From: Coraliomargarita sp.
Lineage (GTDB): Bacteria > Verrucomicrobiota > Verrucomicrobiia > Opitutales > Coraliomargaritaceae
Assembly (NCBI GenBank): GCA_965216325.1
Contig: OZ244160.1
Location: forward strand, 640,001-704,000
Length of the DNA: 64,000 nucleotides
Direction of reading: 5' to 3'
Position numbers and translations under genes: made by a program. The notes beneath the pieces are model-generated. The model was not told the DNA's origin. It did no database searches and saw only the letters and a list, made by a program, of their open reading frames with translations. Below are positions 35,200 to 45,545 of this stretch, piece after piece. How positions within the stretch are numbered: position 1 is the first letter of the stretch; each line of letters starts with the position of its first letter.

Positions 35200-36861
35200 A
35201 TGTCAGAAAACTCCAACGACACGTCTAAGCAGTCTCTCGATCTCTCTTCACTCTCTGGCCTTGATTTTGGCCCATCTTGGACTGATGGAAAGTCTGGCTC
35301 GTCGAAGGACCAGGCGAAGCAATTCGATAAGCCGCGTGGCTCTGGTCGTGGTGGCCGTGATTCAGGTAAGCGTAGTGGAGGAGGCCCGAATCGTGACCGC
35401 CGCAGCGGCGGTCGTCCGCAGCGTAGTCACGCTGGTGGCGGTGCTGGTGGAGAAAGCCGTGGTCGCCGTGAAGGCGGAGATAGTCGTCGTGAGCGCCGTG
35501 GCGGGGATCGTCGTCCGCATGCGCCGAAGCCATTTGAGCCGACAATTAAAGTCGACCTCTATCCACAGGACGAAGCCTTTGATGCACTGGTGAAGCGTTT
35601 GACTGCCACCTCGCGCACGTATCAACTTTTTGAAATCGCTCACTTGTTGCTGGAAAAGCCGGAGCGTTTCGTCGTGGTGGTCGGTAATCTGCCAAACAAG
35701 GATGCTGGAGGCGAAGTCGCGCCACTTTACTTTGCAGTTCCGGGGCATCTGCCGTTTGAGACCGAGGAAGATGCAGTCAATCATGTGCTGAATAACCATT
35801 TGGATCTGTTCTTCGATATTGAGGAAATTGAGGTCGAGCCACCGAAAGGTAGCTTCCAAGTGGTCAACCGCTGTACGCTTACTGGCGAGTTGCTTGGGCC
35901 GCCGAACTATCACCGTTATCAGGAATTTGTGCAACGCCACTACAGCTCGCGCATCACCGGTATGTCTTTTGAGCGTTTCCAGTCGAAGATTGAGACGGTT
36001 AAGGAGCAGGAAGTGATCGATGCTTGGCTCGACTCCATGAAGAAGGGTGCGCGTTACACTTTGAAGGAGCGCGCTGAAGGCGAACCAGAGTCGTTTGAAA
36101 CAATGGAAGCCGTGCGCCACTTCCTTCTACATCACCGCAAGGACAAGGTCGTCGGTTCTGGTAGTACTGTGCGTTTTGCTGGGCGTGACATTGAGCGTCT
36201 GCCAAAGGGTGACATCCGTCGTTCAGTAGAAGCATACGTCGAGCAACAACAGAAGTTCCCGCTTGATTCGGCCAACAATATTCGTGGCCGTCTGCGTCGT
36301 CACCACTTCACCGTCTATAAGAAGGGGGGCAAGGGCATCTCTTATGTCTGTGCAGTAAAGCGTAAATTCCGCGACAGCAGCACCAAGTTCTCGGATTCGA
36401 TTCAGGCGCTGATTGAGTTCCTTGATCAGAACAACAATATTTTGGCGACTGATTTGCCGAAGGCTTATCTCAACATCGAGGTGCCACAAAAGGCGGCAAA
36501 GCCAGAACAGTTGAAGATGGCAGAGCCGGAGGCGGCTGCGGCTGAGGGAGAAACTCCCGCTGAGGAAGTGAAGTCTGAAGAGGCTCCGGTTGCGGAAGCA
36601 CCAGTAGAGCTATCGGCTGATGACAATGCGCGCCTTGAGGCAATGATGATCGACCTGCGTTGGTTGATTACCGAGGGCTACGTGACTGAGTATGGTGATG
36701 GCACTTTATTGGCTCCACCGCCGATGCCTGAACCTAAGAAAAAGGAAGCGCCTGTGACAGAGGCGAAGCCTGCTGAAGTTGCGGCTGAGGCACCGGTTGC
36801 TGAAGAGCCAAAGGACGCGGCGGCGGAAGCGGGCGATCCTGAGCCAACGAAAGAGGCGTAA
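35200..36861 (+). CDS. Hypothetical protein with an Arg/Gly-rich disordered N-terminus and acidic C-terminus
   Basis: Long ORF with coding-like codon bias; globular core GPPNYHRYQ...DLRWLITEGYVTEY. Confidence 0.75.
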   Translation: MSENSNDTSKQSLDLSSLSGLDFGPSWTDGKSGSSKDQAKQFDKPRGSGRGGRDSGKRSGGGPNRDRRSGGRPQRSHAGGGAGGESRGRREGGDSRRERRGGDRRPHAPKPFEPTIKVDLYPQDEAFDALVKRLTATSRTYQLFEIAHLLLEKPERFVVVVGNLPNKDAGGEVAPLYFAVPGHLPFETEEDAVNHVLNNHLDLFFDIEEIEVEPPKGSFQVVNRCTLTGELLGPPNYHRYQEFVQRHYSSRITGMSFERFQSKIETVKEQEVIDAWLDSMKKGARYTLKERAEGEPESFETMEAVRHFLLHHRKDKVVGSGSTVRFAGRDIERLPKGDIRRSVEAYVEQQQKFPLDSANNIRGRLRRHHFTVYKKGGKGISYVCAVKRKFRDSSTKFSDSIQALIEFLDQNNNILATDLPKAYLNIEVPQKAAKPEQLKMAEPEAAAAEGETPAEEVKSEEAPVAEAPVELSADDNARLEAMMIDLRWLITEGYVTEYGDGTLLAPPPMPEPKKKEAPVTEAKPAEVAAEAPVAEEPKDAAAEAGDPEPTKEA

Positions 36862-36865
36862 CTCT

Positions 36866-36938
36866 GTAGCGTAGGCGTCTCGCCTGCGCATTTGGCTAAG
36901 GCTGCTCTTCCAATGAACAGGCAGGGTGCCTCTTCTAC
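36866..36938. repeat. GTAG-type REP doublet; the right arm supplies the exonuclease stop codon
   Basis: GTAGCGTAGGCGTCTCGCCTGCGCA and an inverted arm reading GTAGAAGAGGCACCCTGCCTGTTC on the minus strand. Confidence 0.75.
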
Positions 36939-37543
36939 TGCTCACTCTTTGCCAGTGCTTTGCAATAGATTTCGCGGCTGACCCAGGCGTCGGTCGCGGC
37001 GTAGCGGATCTGTTTGGCGTCCAGTTCTTGGCGTGCCCAATTCGAGACTTGTGCTGCCTTACTGATGCGGCCGTTGAGTAGTAGGCCTGCGAGTGCGCGT
37101 AGCCCTTTGTTTTCGTAGCCCAGCTTCGTCGTTAGCTCAGTGACTTCACCAAAGCCTGCTGGTGTAAAATCAGCCATTTTGCGTAGCTCTTTGACGTCTT
37201 CTTTGATGCCGACGCCGGTTTTCAGGATGTCGGCTGATTCAAGGATTGGGAGTAATGGCTGGAAACTTTGAATGGCTGAGATGCGAAAAAGATAGACGCA
37301 TTCGGCTGTACCGAGCTGGATGAGTGCTGGTGGGTAGTATTCGCCTTTCTTAAAAGTTGGGCGTGTTTCTGTGTCGAAGCCTAGGTGTGTTTCGTTGAGT
37401 AGCTGGGCTACTGCGGCTTCCATTGCTTCGACTGTATCCAAGACTTCGATACGTCCGTCCCAGAAAATGAGCGGTAGCTCATTGATCTCGGCTTTGGAGA
37501 TGTGCTTCTTTTCTGTGTCTTGAGGCTTTTCTGAGGCAGGCAT
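36935..37543 (-). CDS. DEDDy 3'-5' exonuclease (RNase D/WRN-like)
   Basis: LGFDTETRP, ALIQL, SNW and QIRYAATDA. Confidence 0.9.
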   Translation of the reverse strand: MPASEKPQDTEKKHISKAEINELPLIFWDGRIEVLDTVEAMEAAVAQLLNETHLGFDTETRPTFKKGEYYPPALIQLGTAECVYLFRISAIQSFQPLLPILESADILKTGVGIKEDVKELRKMADFTPAGFGEVTELTTKLGYENKGLRALAGLLLNGRISKAAQVSNWARQELDAKQIRYAATDAWVSREIYCKALAKSEQ

Positions 37544-37564
37544 GAAATATGGAACTGAGGCCGT

Positions 37565-38521
37565 TCAAGCTTCGACGCTGAGTCCGTCGTAAGCGAGTTG
37601 TATACTCTTTGGGTAACCGGTGTTGTCTTGGCTTTGTTGCTGAAATTCTAAGGCTGCGCTGTGTATCTTCTCAATCTCAGTATCCGAGTAGCCCGGCTCA
37701 TGGTGGAAAATGAGTAGTTGTTTCACTTGGGCGCGAGAAGCGAGATCGAGCGCAGTGCTGTGGTCCGAGTGCCCCCAGTTCCGCTTCTCTCCTTTGACTT
37801 GTTCGAGCGTATATTGTCCGTCGAAGATTAAGATATCGGCGTTGCGGAAGAATTCGATAAATGGGTAGTCCTTTTCGGCGGACTCCGGGCCGTGTTCGGA
37901 GTCGGATGAATAGACAATCGATTTGCCGTGTTGCTCGAAGCGGAAGCCCCAAGAATCTCCAGGGTGCTCTTGCTTAATCGTGCTTACTGAGACGTCGCCG
38001 ATTTGAAAGCTGGCACCTTCCTCCTGCACATCGAATTCGATGTCGGCTTGCATGGCTTCAAAAGGCACTGGGAAGCAAGGAGCGTTCATTTGCTCACGGA
38101 TTGCCTGCTCTGTGGCGGCGTGGAAGGTGTGGAAGATGATACGGTTACCTCTGGTGTAGGCTGGGGTGAAGAAGGGAAAGCCTTGAATGTGATCCCAGTG
38201 GAGGTGTGAGACAAAAATGTGAAACGTCTTGGGGGCGCCGACGGGCAGGGTTTGGGCAAAGTCACGAATGCCGGTGCCAGCGTCGCAGAGAATGACATCT
38301 TCAGTGTTAGCGGCAATCTGCACACAGGATGTGTTGGCACGGTAAGTGCCTCTTTTGCTATGTGGGAGCTGGTCAATGTAGGCATCCAGTTCCGTCTCGT
38401 CCTTAAAGTTGCGGTCCCGTGCCTGCCATAGGGCGGCTTTCACCTTTTCTCTGATTTCAGCAGAGGTCGTTGGTGATGGAAGGGAGCCGCAAGAGCCCCA
38501 GATGATTGCTTTGATACTCAC
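37565..38521 (-). CDS. Metallo-beta-lactamase-fold hydrolase (RNase Z/phosphodiesterase-like)
   Basis: NTSCV, DAGTG, SHLHWDHIQG, WGHS and FHHEP. Confidence 0.88.
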   Translation of the reverse strand: MSIKAIIWGSCGSLPSPTTSAEIREKVKAALWQARDRNFKDETELDAYIDQLPHSKRGTYRANTSCVQIAANTEDVILCDAGTGIRDFAQTLPVGAPKTFHIFVSHLHWDHIQGFPFFTPAYTRGNRIIFHTFHAATEQAIREQMNAPCFPVPFEAMQADIEFDVQEEGASFQIGDVSVSTIKQEHPGDSWGFRFEQHGKSIVYSSDSEHGPESAEKDYPFIEFFRNADILIFDGQYTLEQVKGEKRNWGHSDHSTALDLASRAQVKQLLIFHHEPGYSDTEIEKIHSAALEFQQQSQDNTGYPKSIQLAYDGLSVEA

Positions 38522-38665
38522 GTTCAGGATAAGCCGCGTTTATAGGGTAATTCAGCCTGTCGAGTCAAAACAAAGGGCTCGAGAACGCTCATTTTTGCGA
38601 CGATCACGTAGAGATGACCTTTTCAGGCTTTAGTGAGACGCGTTCTCGATCTATTACACTGCTTT

Positions 38666-40096
38666 ATGTCAGATTTATCGCCGTCTCGTCGTTCGTTTCT
38701 CAAAGGGGCAGGGCTCATGGGAGCCGCTTCATTGCTTAGCACTAAGGCTGTAGATGCGGTCTCGCCCCAGAAGCCGTCACATCTTGGTTCCGCTAAGAAT
38801 TTGATCTTTTTAGTCGCCGATGGCATGGGCACGGGGACTTTATCGCTTGCAAATCACTGGAAGCTACGAAACCAGCAAGCTGCTTTGAGTTGGATGGATC
38901 TATATGGTCGTGAGGGGCTTACGACTTCGATGCAAGATACGGCGTCTGCCAGTTCGCCTGTTACGGATTCCGCGGCCGCGGGTTCGGCTTGGGGCTGCGG
39001 CCATCGGGTGAATAATAAGTCGATCAATGTTGGAGTGGACGGTCAGGAGCGAACCCCCATTTGGATCTACGCTAAGCAAGCTGGTAAACGCACCGGCGTT
39101 GTCACTACCTGTCGTGTGACACACGCGACACCGGCCGCATTTTGTGCAAATGTGGCGTATCGAGATTCCGAGGATGTGATCGCGCAGCAGTATCTCGAGC
39201 GGGAGATCGATGTTATTTTGGGTGGGGGCAAAATGCATTTCGATCGAGTAGCGATGCCGGGGAAGCTTCCGGGGGAGAGGGTGCCCGCGGTCGATTTATT
39301 GTCAGATTATACAGCAAAGGGCTATCGCTTCGTGGCAGACAAGTCTGCCTTGGAGAATGCCAGAGGCGAGGGCCGTCTGTTGGGCTTGTTTGCGGAAGGC
39401 CATATTCCGTATGCGATTGATCGGGAGTATGATCCGCAACTGAGCCAGGTGCCGAGTCTGGTGGAGATGTTTGAGGCTGCGTTGCATGCCTTGAGCGCTA
39501 GCGAGGATGGATTTGTCCTGCAGGTCGAGGGCGGGCGTGTGGATCACGCGGGCCATGTAAATGATCCAGCAGCGATTTTGCATGAGATGCTCGATTTTGA
39601 TGCCTGTATTCCGGTTGCGATGAGCTTTTTGGAGTCAAATCCGGATACACTTGTGATTGTCACCACTGACCATGGCACTGGTGGCTGCCAATTAAATGGA
39701 GAGGGCCCTGCCTATGCGGACAGTGGCCCAGCGTTGGATCGGATCAATGCTTTCCGCGGTAGTTTGGAAGCGCTTGAGAAGCAGTGTATTTTGACGGGGC
39801 GATTTAGCCGCTTCGCCTTCCAGCGGATTACTGGAATACAAGTGACCAAGGACCAAGCGGATTTGATTCAGGCTGCGGTCGATGCGAAGGCTCCGTATTT
39901 GGCTGGTGTGATGGCGGATGCCGTGAAGGATCAACTTGGATTGAAGACTGCAGTCGGTTGGACTTCGCATAATCACACCTCAGAGCATGTGCCTCTGCTG
40001 GCCTTCGGCCCAGGTAGTCAGGTGATACCGCCGCTGATTCAAAATAATCAGCTGTTCCATTACATGACTCAAGCACTTGGGCTGAAAACAGTCTGA
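38666..40096 (+). CDS. phoA: PhoA-family alkaline phosphatase with a Tat signal
   Basis: [36 protein letters not shown] and TTDHGTGG. Confidence 0.9.
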   Translation: MSDLSPSRRSFLKGAGLMGAASLLSTKAVDAVSPQKPSHLGSAKNLIFLVADGMGTGTLSLANHWKLRNQQAALSWMDLYGREGLTTSMQDTASASSPVTDSAAAGSAWGCGHRVNNKSINVGVDGQERTPIWIYAKQAGKRTGVVTTCRVTHATPAAFCANVAYRDSEDVIAQQYLEREIDVILGGGKMHFDRVAMPGKLPGERVPAVDLLSDYTAKGYRFVADKSALENARGEGRLLGLFAEGHIPYAIDREYDPQLSQVPSLVEMFEAALHALSASEDGFVLQVEGGRVDHAGHVNDPAAILHEMLDFDACIPVAMSFLESNPDTLVIVTTDHGTGGCQLNGEGPAYADSGPALDRINAFRGSLEALEKQCILTGRFSRFAFQRITGIQVTKDQADLIQAAVDAKAPYLAGVMADAVKDQLGLKTAVGWTSHNHTSEHVPLLAFGPGSQVIPPLIQNNQLFHYMTQALGLKTV

Positions 40097-40101
40097 GTGG
40101 A

Positions 40102-40764
40102 TTAAGTGGACTGCGTGACTGTTGCGTTGAAGGCCTTACGGTCTTCGGCTTTGAAGAATGCGGTGCCGGCGACTAGCGTGTCGACTCCACGCTCGGTGCA
40201 CAGTCCTGCGGTGTTCAGGTCGACTCCGCCATCGACTTCCAGGCGATAATCGAGACCGAGTTCGTTGCGCCACTTGCTGAAGGTTTCCATCTTGGGTAAA
40301 ACATCTTCACGGAAGCTTTGCCCGCCAAAGCCAGGTTGCACGGTCATTAGGAGCACGATGTCACAGAGTTCAAGGTAGGGCTTTGCTGCCTCTGCTTCGG
40401 TTCCAGGGTTGAGCACGACGCCACATTTTATACCGCGCGACTTGATGTGCTTGAGTGTCTCCGCAATTGGGTAGTCGGGTTCGACGTGGATGGTGATCTG
40501 GTCGGCTCCGGCATCGATAAAGGCGTCGACGAACTTATCTGGATTATCGAGCATCAGGTGCACATCAAAGAACAGCTTGGTGGCGGGGCGCATGGCTTTA
40601 ATTGTCTGGGGGCCAAAGGTCAGATTTGGCACGAAGTGGCCGTCCATTATGTCGAGATGCACCCAGTCAAGACCTGCGGCTTCGATTTCGCGCAGACTGC
40701 TTTTGAGGTCGGCGTGGTCGCCGGCGAGAATGGAGGGAGCAAGGATGATGTTTTTCTCTGACAT
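40102..40764 (-). CDS. rpe: Ribulose-phosphate 3-epimerase
   Basis: APSIL, HLDIMDGHFVPNLTFG, MTVQPGFGGQ and EVDGG. Confidence 0.97.
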   Translation of the reverse strand: MSEKNIILAPSILAGDHADLKSSLREIEAAGLDWVHLDIMDGHFVPNLTFGPQTIKAMRPATKLFFDVHLMLDNPDKFVDAFIDAGADQITIHVEPDYPIAETLKHIKSRGIKCGVVLNPGTEAEAAKPYLELCDIVLLMTVQPGFGGQSFREDVLPKMETFSKWRNELGLDYRLEVDGGVDLNTAGLCTERGVDTLVAGTAFFKAEDRKAFNATVTQST

Positions 40765-40891
40765 GCCACGAGTTATGGCGGTGCATGCTTGGCTGGCAAG
40801 TCTTGGACGGCAGAGATTTTATTGTAAAAACCGCTTGCCATGCGGCTTGGGCGCTTACACCTTGGATTTTTATAACAAACCCCGAAGTTAC

Positions 40892-41149
40892 ATGCGTAAA
40901 CTCCTTGTTCTGACATCTCTGGCTGCTACAGCCCTCGTATTCACTGGTTGCGGTGGCGACACTGGCAAGACTGCCATGGGTCCTAAAGAAACCAATATTC
41001 TCGGCATTTATAAGCACGAAGAGGCCAACTACACTCCAACACACGCAAACACCTTTGCCATTCACACTGACGAGCTTACTGGCCGTGCAAATTACTCTGG
41101 TGACAAGACCACGCTGCTTTGGGGCTTTGTCACGATCAAGGATTACTAA
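40892..41149 (+). CDS. Small lipoprotein (85 aa)
   Basis: MRKLLVLTSLAATALVFTGC lipobox inside track ORF 40490..41149; followed by a terminator. Confidence 0.75.
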   Translation: MRKLLVLTSLAATALVFTGCGGDTGKTAMGPKETNILGIYKHEEANYTPTHANTFAIHTDELTGRANYSGDKTTLLWGFVTIKDY

Positions 41150-41183
41150 GCCGACTTACGCTTAGATCCATTATTACTTTTCT

Positions 41184-41213
41184 AAAAGCCGTCCCCAGTG
41201 GGGCGGCTTTTTT
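41184..41213 (+). terminator. Intrinsic terminator
   Basis: AAAAGCCGTCCC-CAGT-GGGGCGGCTTTTTT. Confidence 0.85.
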
Positions 41214-41260
41214 GTTGGCAGTATCGATCCGCTCAGCATGGTTTTGCTGCTAAACTGCTG

Positions 41261-42886
41261 ATGCCACACAACGTAGCCCACTTCTTATCCGAACAAGCCG
41301 GAGTGAATCCGGATAATCCTGCAGTGCGTGCGCCCAATGGTCGAAACCTGAATGGATCGATCCGTTATGTGGAGCGGAGCTTTGCTGAGCTTGAAGCGGA
41401 GGCTTCGGCGACGGCACAGTATTTCTCGTCTGAAGGTATACGGCGGGGGACGCGTGTGTTGCTGATGGTCAAGCCCGGGCTGGATCTGATTCGGATTGTA
41501 TTTGCCTTATTCAAAATTGGAGCCGTGCCAATTGTGATTGATCCGGGCATGGGACTGAAGAAGTTTTTGCGTTGTGTGCGACACTCTAAGCCGGAGGCAT
41601 TGGTGGGTATCCCGGCAGCGATTTGGGTCGGCCGTCTGTTTCGGCCAAGCTTTCGTGGTGTGGACATCCGCGTTGCGGTGAATGGTGGCTTTGAGCGGCG
41701 AATCCGGCAGTTTGAGCCAGAGGGGAGTTTTCCGGTGGTGGACTCTGCCGCAAGTGAGCTGGCTGCAATATTATTTACCTCGGGCTCTACTGGACCGGCT
41801 AAGGGTGTGTGTTACGAGCATGGCATGTTTGCTGCGCAGGTGGACTCAATTGGTAAGCAATACGAAATTCAGGCAGGAGAGATTGATCTGCCGATGTTGC
41901 CGGTGTTTGCACTTTTTAATCCGGCGCTGGGTATGTGCACCGTGGTGCCGGAGATGAACCCAAGCCGCCCAGCGACTGTAGATCCGGAAAAGATCGTTCG
42001 AGCGATTCAACAGAATCAGGTGACTAACAGCTTTGGCTCACCGGCTTTATGGACCAAGATCGCGCGTTACTGTGAGGCGCAGAACGAAACCCTTCCTAGC
42101 ATTAAGCGCATCCTGATGGCTGGTGCGCCGGTCCCACCTGCCTTGATGGAACAGATGCGTTCGATCATACCCAATGGTGAAATCCATACCCCGTATGGCG
42201 CGACCGAGGCGCTACCGGTCAGTTCGATTTCGGCGATTGAAGTGTTGACCGATACGGCGGCACGCACCCAGCAGGGCGATGGCACTTGTGTCGGTGGAGC
42301 ATTGCCTGGTGTCGATGTGCGAATTATTCAACCTGTGGACGGGCCGATTCGAAGCATTGAGGATGTGTCTGACTGCAATTCCGGTGAGGTCGGGGAAATT
42401 ATTGTGCGTGGTCCGTCGGTGACGAAAGGATACGACGCACTACCTGAGGCTGATGCGAATTCGAAGATCGCGGACGGCGATCGGCATTGGCACCGCATGG
42501 GCGATATGGGGTGGATCGGTTCGAAGAATCGCTTGTGGTTTTGTGGGCGCAAAGCCGAGCGTGTCCTGACTGTTGAGGGACCACGTTACACGGATTGTTG
42601 TGAGGCGATCTTTAATCAGCACCCGCAGGTGTTTCGTTCGGCATTGATCGATTTGGGGGGCGGTAAGCCGGGGATGGTTATCGAGCCGGAGAAGGGTGCA
42701 TTTCCTACGAAGCCTGCCGAGCGTGATGTATTCATTCAGTCACTACAGGAGCTAGCTCAATCGAATGCGATGACCGCTTTAGTGGAGACCTTTTTCTTTG
42801 AGCACAGCTTTCCGGTAGATGTGCGCCACAACGCGAAAATTCACCGATTGACGCTTGCCGAGAAGTATCGGAATGCGAATCTCTGA
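41261..42886 (+). CDS. oleC: OleC-like AMP-dependent ligase (beta-lactone synthetase family)
   Basis: LFTSGSTGPAKGV, TPYGATEALP, WHRMGD, WFCGRK and C-terminal FPVDVRHNAKI; adjacent to an oleD-like gene. Confidence 0.8.
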   Translation: MPHNVAHFLSEQAGVNPDNPAVRAPNGRNLNGSIRYVERSFAELEAEASATAQYFSSEGIRRGTRVLLMVKPGLDLIRIVFALFKIGAVPIVIDPGMGLKKFLRCVRHSKPEALVGIPAAIWVGRLFRPSFRGVDIRVAVNGGFERRIRQFEPEGSFPVVDSAASELAAILFTSGSTGPAKGVCYEHGMFAAQVDSIGKQYEIQAGEIDLPMLPVFALFNPALGMCTVVPEMNPSRPATVDPEKIVRAIQQNQVTNSFGSPALWTKIARYCEAQNETLPSIKRILMAGAPVPPALMEQMRSIIPNGEIHTPYGATEALPVSSISAIEVLTDTAARTQQGDGTCVGGALPGVDVRIIQPVDGPIRSIEDVSDCNSGEVGEIIVRGPSVTKGYDALPEADANSKIADGDRHWHRMGDMGWIGSKNRLWFCGRKAERVLTVEGPRYTDCCEAIFNQHPQVFRSALIDLGGGKPGMVIEPEKGAFPTKPAERDVFIQSLQELAQSNAMTALVETFFFEHSFPVDVRHNAKIHRLTLAEKYRNANL

Positions 42887-42889
42887 GGC

Positions 42890-43882
42890 ATGAAAGTCTT
42901 GGTAACTGGAGGCGGTGGATTTGTTGGCGGCTACGTAATTGAGCGCTTGCTCAAGCGTGGTTACACGGTGCGCTCGATCGGGCGCTCGGCACAGCCCGAG
43001 CTCGAAGCGCTTGGAGTCGAAGTAGTGCGTTGTGATTTGAGTGATGCTCTGGCCGTGCAGTCTGCCTGCGAGGGAATGGATGCCGTCTTTCATATCGCGG
43101 CGAAGGCAGGCGTTTGGGGTACTTGGGATAGCTTTTATCAGCCAAATGTGATCGGCACGCGTAATATTGTGGCAGCCTGTCAGGCCAATCAGATCGGACG
43201 CTTGATCTATACCAGCACGCCAAGTGTCGTGTTTAATGGTCAGCCGATTTCCGGTTTAAATGAGTCGATGCCTTATGGCCGCGATTGGTTGTGTCATTAC
43301 GCGCATACTAAAGCGATCGCCGAGGAGGAGGCACTCGCTGCAAATTCGGATGACTTGAAGGTGGTCGCTCTCAGGCCTCATTTGATTTTTGGGCCAGGAG
43401 ATCCTCATTTGCTGCCGCGTGTGATTGAGAGCGTTAAAGCAGGTCGTCTCAAGATCGTCGGTGATGGTCAGACGCGGGTCGATGTGTCCTATGTTGGCAA
43501 TGTGGCTGATGCGCACATTGATGCCTTCGATGCTCTGGGGCAGGGGAAGGGAGCCGGGAAGGCCTACTTTATTTCGCAAGGAGAGCCAGTGGAGCTCTGG
43601 CCATGGCTCAATGAGATTTTGGCAGGCCTTGGCCATGCGCCGCTGCGCAAACGAATTTCGCTCAAGAAAGCCTATGCGGCTGCTAGCGTGATTGAGGCAG
43701 TCTGGAAATTGTTCCGTCTGAAGGGGGAGCCGCCGATTACACGATTCGTGGCGGTAGAGTTGGCCAAAGACCATTATTTTGATATTGCCGCTGCGAGGCG
43801 GGACCTTGGCTACCAGGCCGAGGTGGAGATGCAATCCGCGCTCAAGGCGACTATCGGTGACCTGAAATTACGCGGGTTTTAG
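42890..43882 (+). CDS. oleD: OleD-like extended SDR (3-beta-HSD-like reductase)
   Basis: VTGGGGFVG, AAKAGVWG, YTSTPSVV, YAHTK and LRPHLIFGPGD. Confidence 0.82.
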   Translation: MKVLVTGGGGFVGGYVIERLLKRGYTVRSIGRSAQPELEALGVEVVRCDLSDALAVQSACEGMDAVFHIAAKAGVWGTWDSFYQPNVIGTRNIVAACQANQIGRLIYTSTPSVVFNGQPISGLNESMPYGRDWLCHYAHTKAIAEEEALAANSDDLKVVALRPHLIFGPGDPHLLPRVIESVKAGRLKIVGDGQTRVDVSYVGNVADAHIDAFDALGQGKGAGKAYFISQGEPVELWPWLNEILAGLGHAPLRKRISLKKAYAAASVIEAVWKLFRLKGEPPITRFVAVELAKDHYFDIAAARRDLGYQAEVEMQSALKATIGDLKLRGF

Positions 43883-43939
43883 TAGGGTATAGACACCATA
43901 TCGGTTGACATCGGTGCATCCTTGGCATCCTGTGTTGTT

Positions 43940-45253
43940 ATGCCCTCTGAGCCGATTGTTTCGATTGTTGTTCTGTGTGTGATTGTCGGATTGATCGCAA
44001 TCATTGTCTGGCAGCGCAAACAATTAGCACAGCGGGCGGTGGCGAAGCCCGATTCGACTGAGTCGGTCATGCCTGCAGATGGACCGATTGATAATCGTTC
44101 GCAGGCTCTGTTTGCCACGCTTTCGCATGAGTTGAGGACTCCACTGAACGGCTTGCTGGGTATTTCCCAGATGCTCAATGAAGAGCGCGAGGATGAAGAC
44201 ATTCAGGCAATTGAAGGCTGCGCACGGCACATGATCGCGGTGCTGCATACACTGGTGAATCTGTCTAAAATTCAGGCCGAATGGGACGACCTCCCTGAGT
44301 ATCGCGAGTGGGTCAATGTTTACGAGCTGACCGAGCAGTTGAAAAAGAATCTACAGTTTCGGGCACAGTTGCGCGGCTTGAGTTTAGAAGTGGTTCATCA
44401 GGATAAGTCAGTTCGTATTCGAGGCGATTGGGATCACTACCGCACAATTCTTGAGAATGCATTACTGGGGTCGATCGAAGGGGTGAATCTTTCGAAAGTG
44501 CCGACGGATCTTCAGCCGATGCGATTGACATGGGCTGCTCAGGGACAAGACGTTTTGATTTCGATTGCGAATCCGCTGGAGGAGTTTGATCCAAGTGCGA
44601 AGCAAAAAATCAATGATGCGTTTCCTATGACAACAGGCGCAAGTCATGCACGGATCAATATGCAGTATCTGTATGGTGCGGTGGCAACGGCGCTACTTGA
44701 AAAACATAATGGAGTCATGCTTACTAGCGAACTGGATAATGGTGGGGTGCAGACTAAGTTGAGTTTTGAGGCGGAACAGATGCAGGCCTCTGCCTCCAGT
44801 AATCTACCAGTCGGAGGTTTGAGTCTGAGTCAGCGTGCAAGCACGAATACGAAAAGTTCACTAAAAATTCCTGTGCAACTTTCTGTGTTGGTTGCGGAAG
44901 ATGACCCGATTGCTCGCAGCTTGATGGAGTCAGTGCTCAAGCATATGGGCCAAGAGGTGACTTTTGCGCTCAATGGCCGCGAAGTTTTGGAGCACATGAG
45001 TCAGTCCAAGTTCGACGTGATCCTAATGGATATTGATATGCCCTTGATGGATGGCGTCAGTGCTGCGATTGCACTGAGAAATGGTGAAGCGGGGGAGCTG
45101 GGTGGCCATATCCCGATTGTTGCAGTGACGGCCTTTAGCACGCTATCAGATCAGGGGAAGTTTAAGAATGCAGGGATGGATTATTTCTTACCCAAGCCAG
45201 TGCGCTTGAAGGAGCTGCGACGCGTTCTCGTAGAGGTTATCCGTAAGGAATAG
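43940..45253 (+). CDS. Membrane hybrid kinase-like protein: HisKA, degenerate ATPase domain and receiver
   Basis: TM helix, LSHELRTPLNG, VAEDD...LMDIDMP...KP; canonical N/G1/G2 boxes not recognisable. Confidence 0.8.
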   Translation: MPSEPIVSIVVLCVIVGLIAIIVWQRKQLAQRAVAKPDSTESVMPADGPIDNRSQALFATLSHELRTPLNGLLGISQMLNEEREDEDIQAIEGCARHMIAVLHTLVNLSKIQAEWDDLPEYREWVNVYELTEQLKKNLQFRAQLRGLSLEVVHQDKSVRIRGDWDHYRTILENALLGSIEGVNLSKVPTDLQPMRLTWAAQGQDVLISIANPLEEFDPSAKQKINDAFPMTTGASHARINMQYLYGAVATALLEKHNGVMLTSELDNGGVQTKLSFEAEQMQASASSNLPVGGLSLSQRASTNTKSSLKIPVQLSVLVAEDDPIARSLMESVLKHMGQEVTFALNGREVLEHMSQSKFDVILMDIDMPLMDGVSAAIALRNGEAGELGGHIPIVAVTAFSTLSDQGKFKNAGMDYFLPKPVRLKELRRVLVEVIRKE

Positions 45254-45545
45254 CATATTGCGACAGTTGAGTAACGTAGTGTAAATCGGGTCTGTGTGCT
45301 GTTTTCCGGATTGAATGTAAAAGAATTCTGATCACCTAGGTGGGTGCAGTAAAAACACGTAGCGAGCCTCTAGTTTGAGTAAGGCGATTGCTTTGCTGAT
45401 CGAATACGTGATTCAACGTAGCGATTCAATTCGAGTAAAAAATCTATTTATCAGATGTAAGAAAAGTATGTAAGTGATTGACCAGGAGTGTTCTGGGTTG
45501 ATTGGGCGGTTCGAAGCTGTGGGCTTTGGATAAACACTTAGCTCA

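Noticed and set aside
40490..40891. 5' extension of the 219-aa ORF
   Set aside because: Antisense to rpe; the real gene appears to be the lipoprotein starting at 40892.
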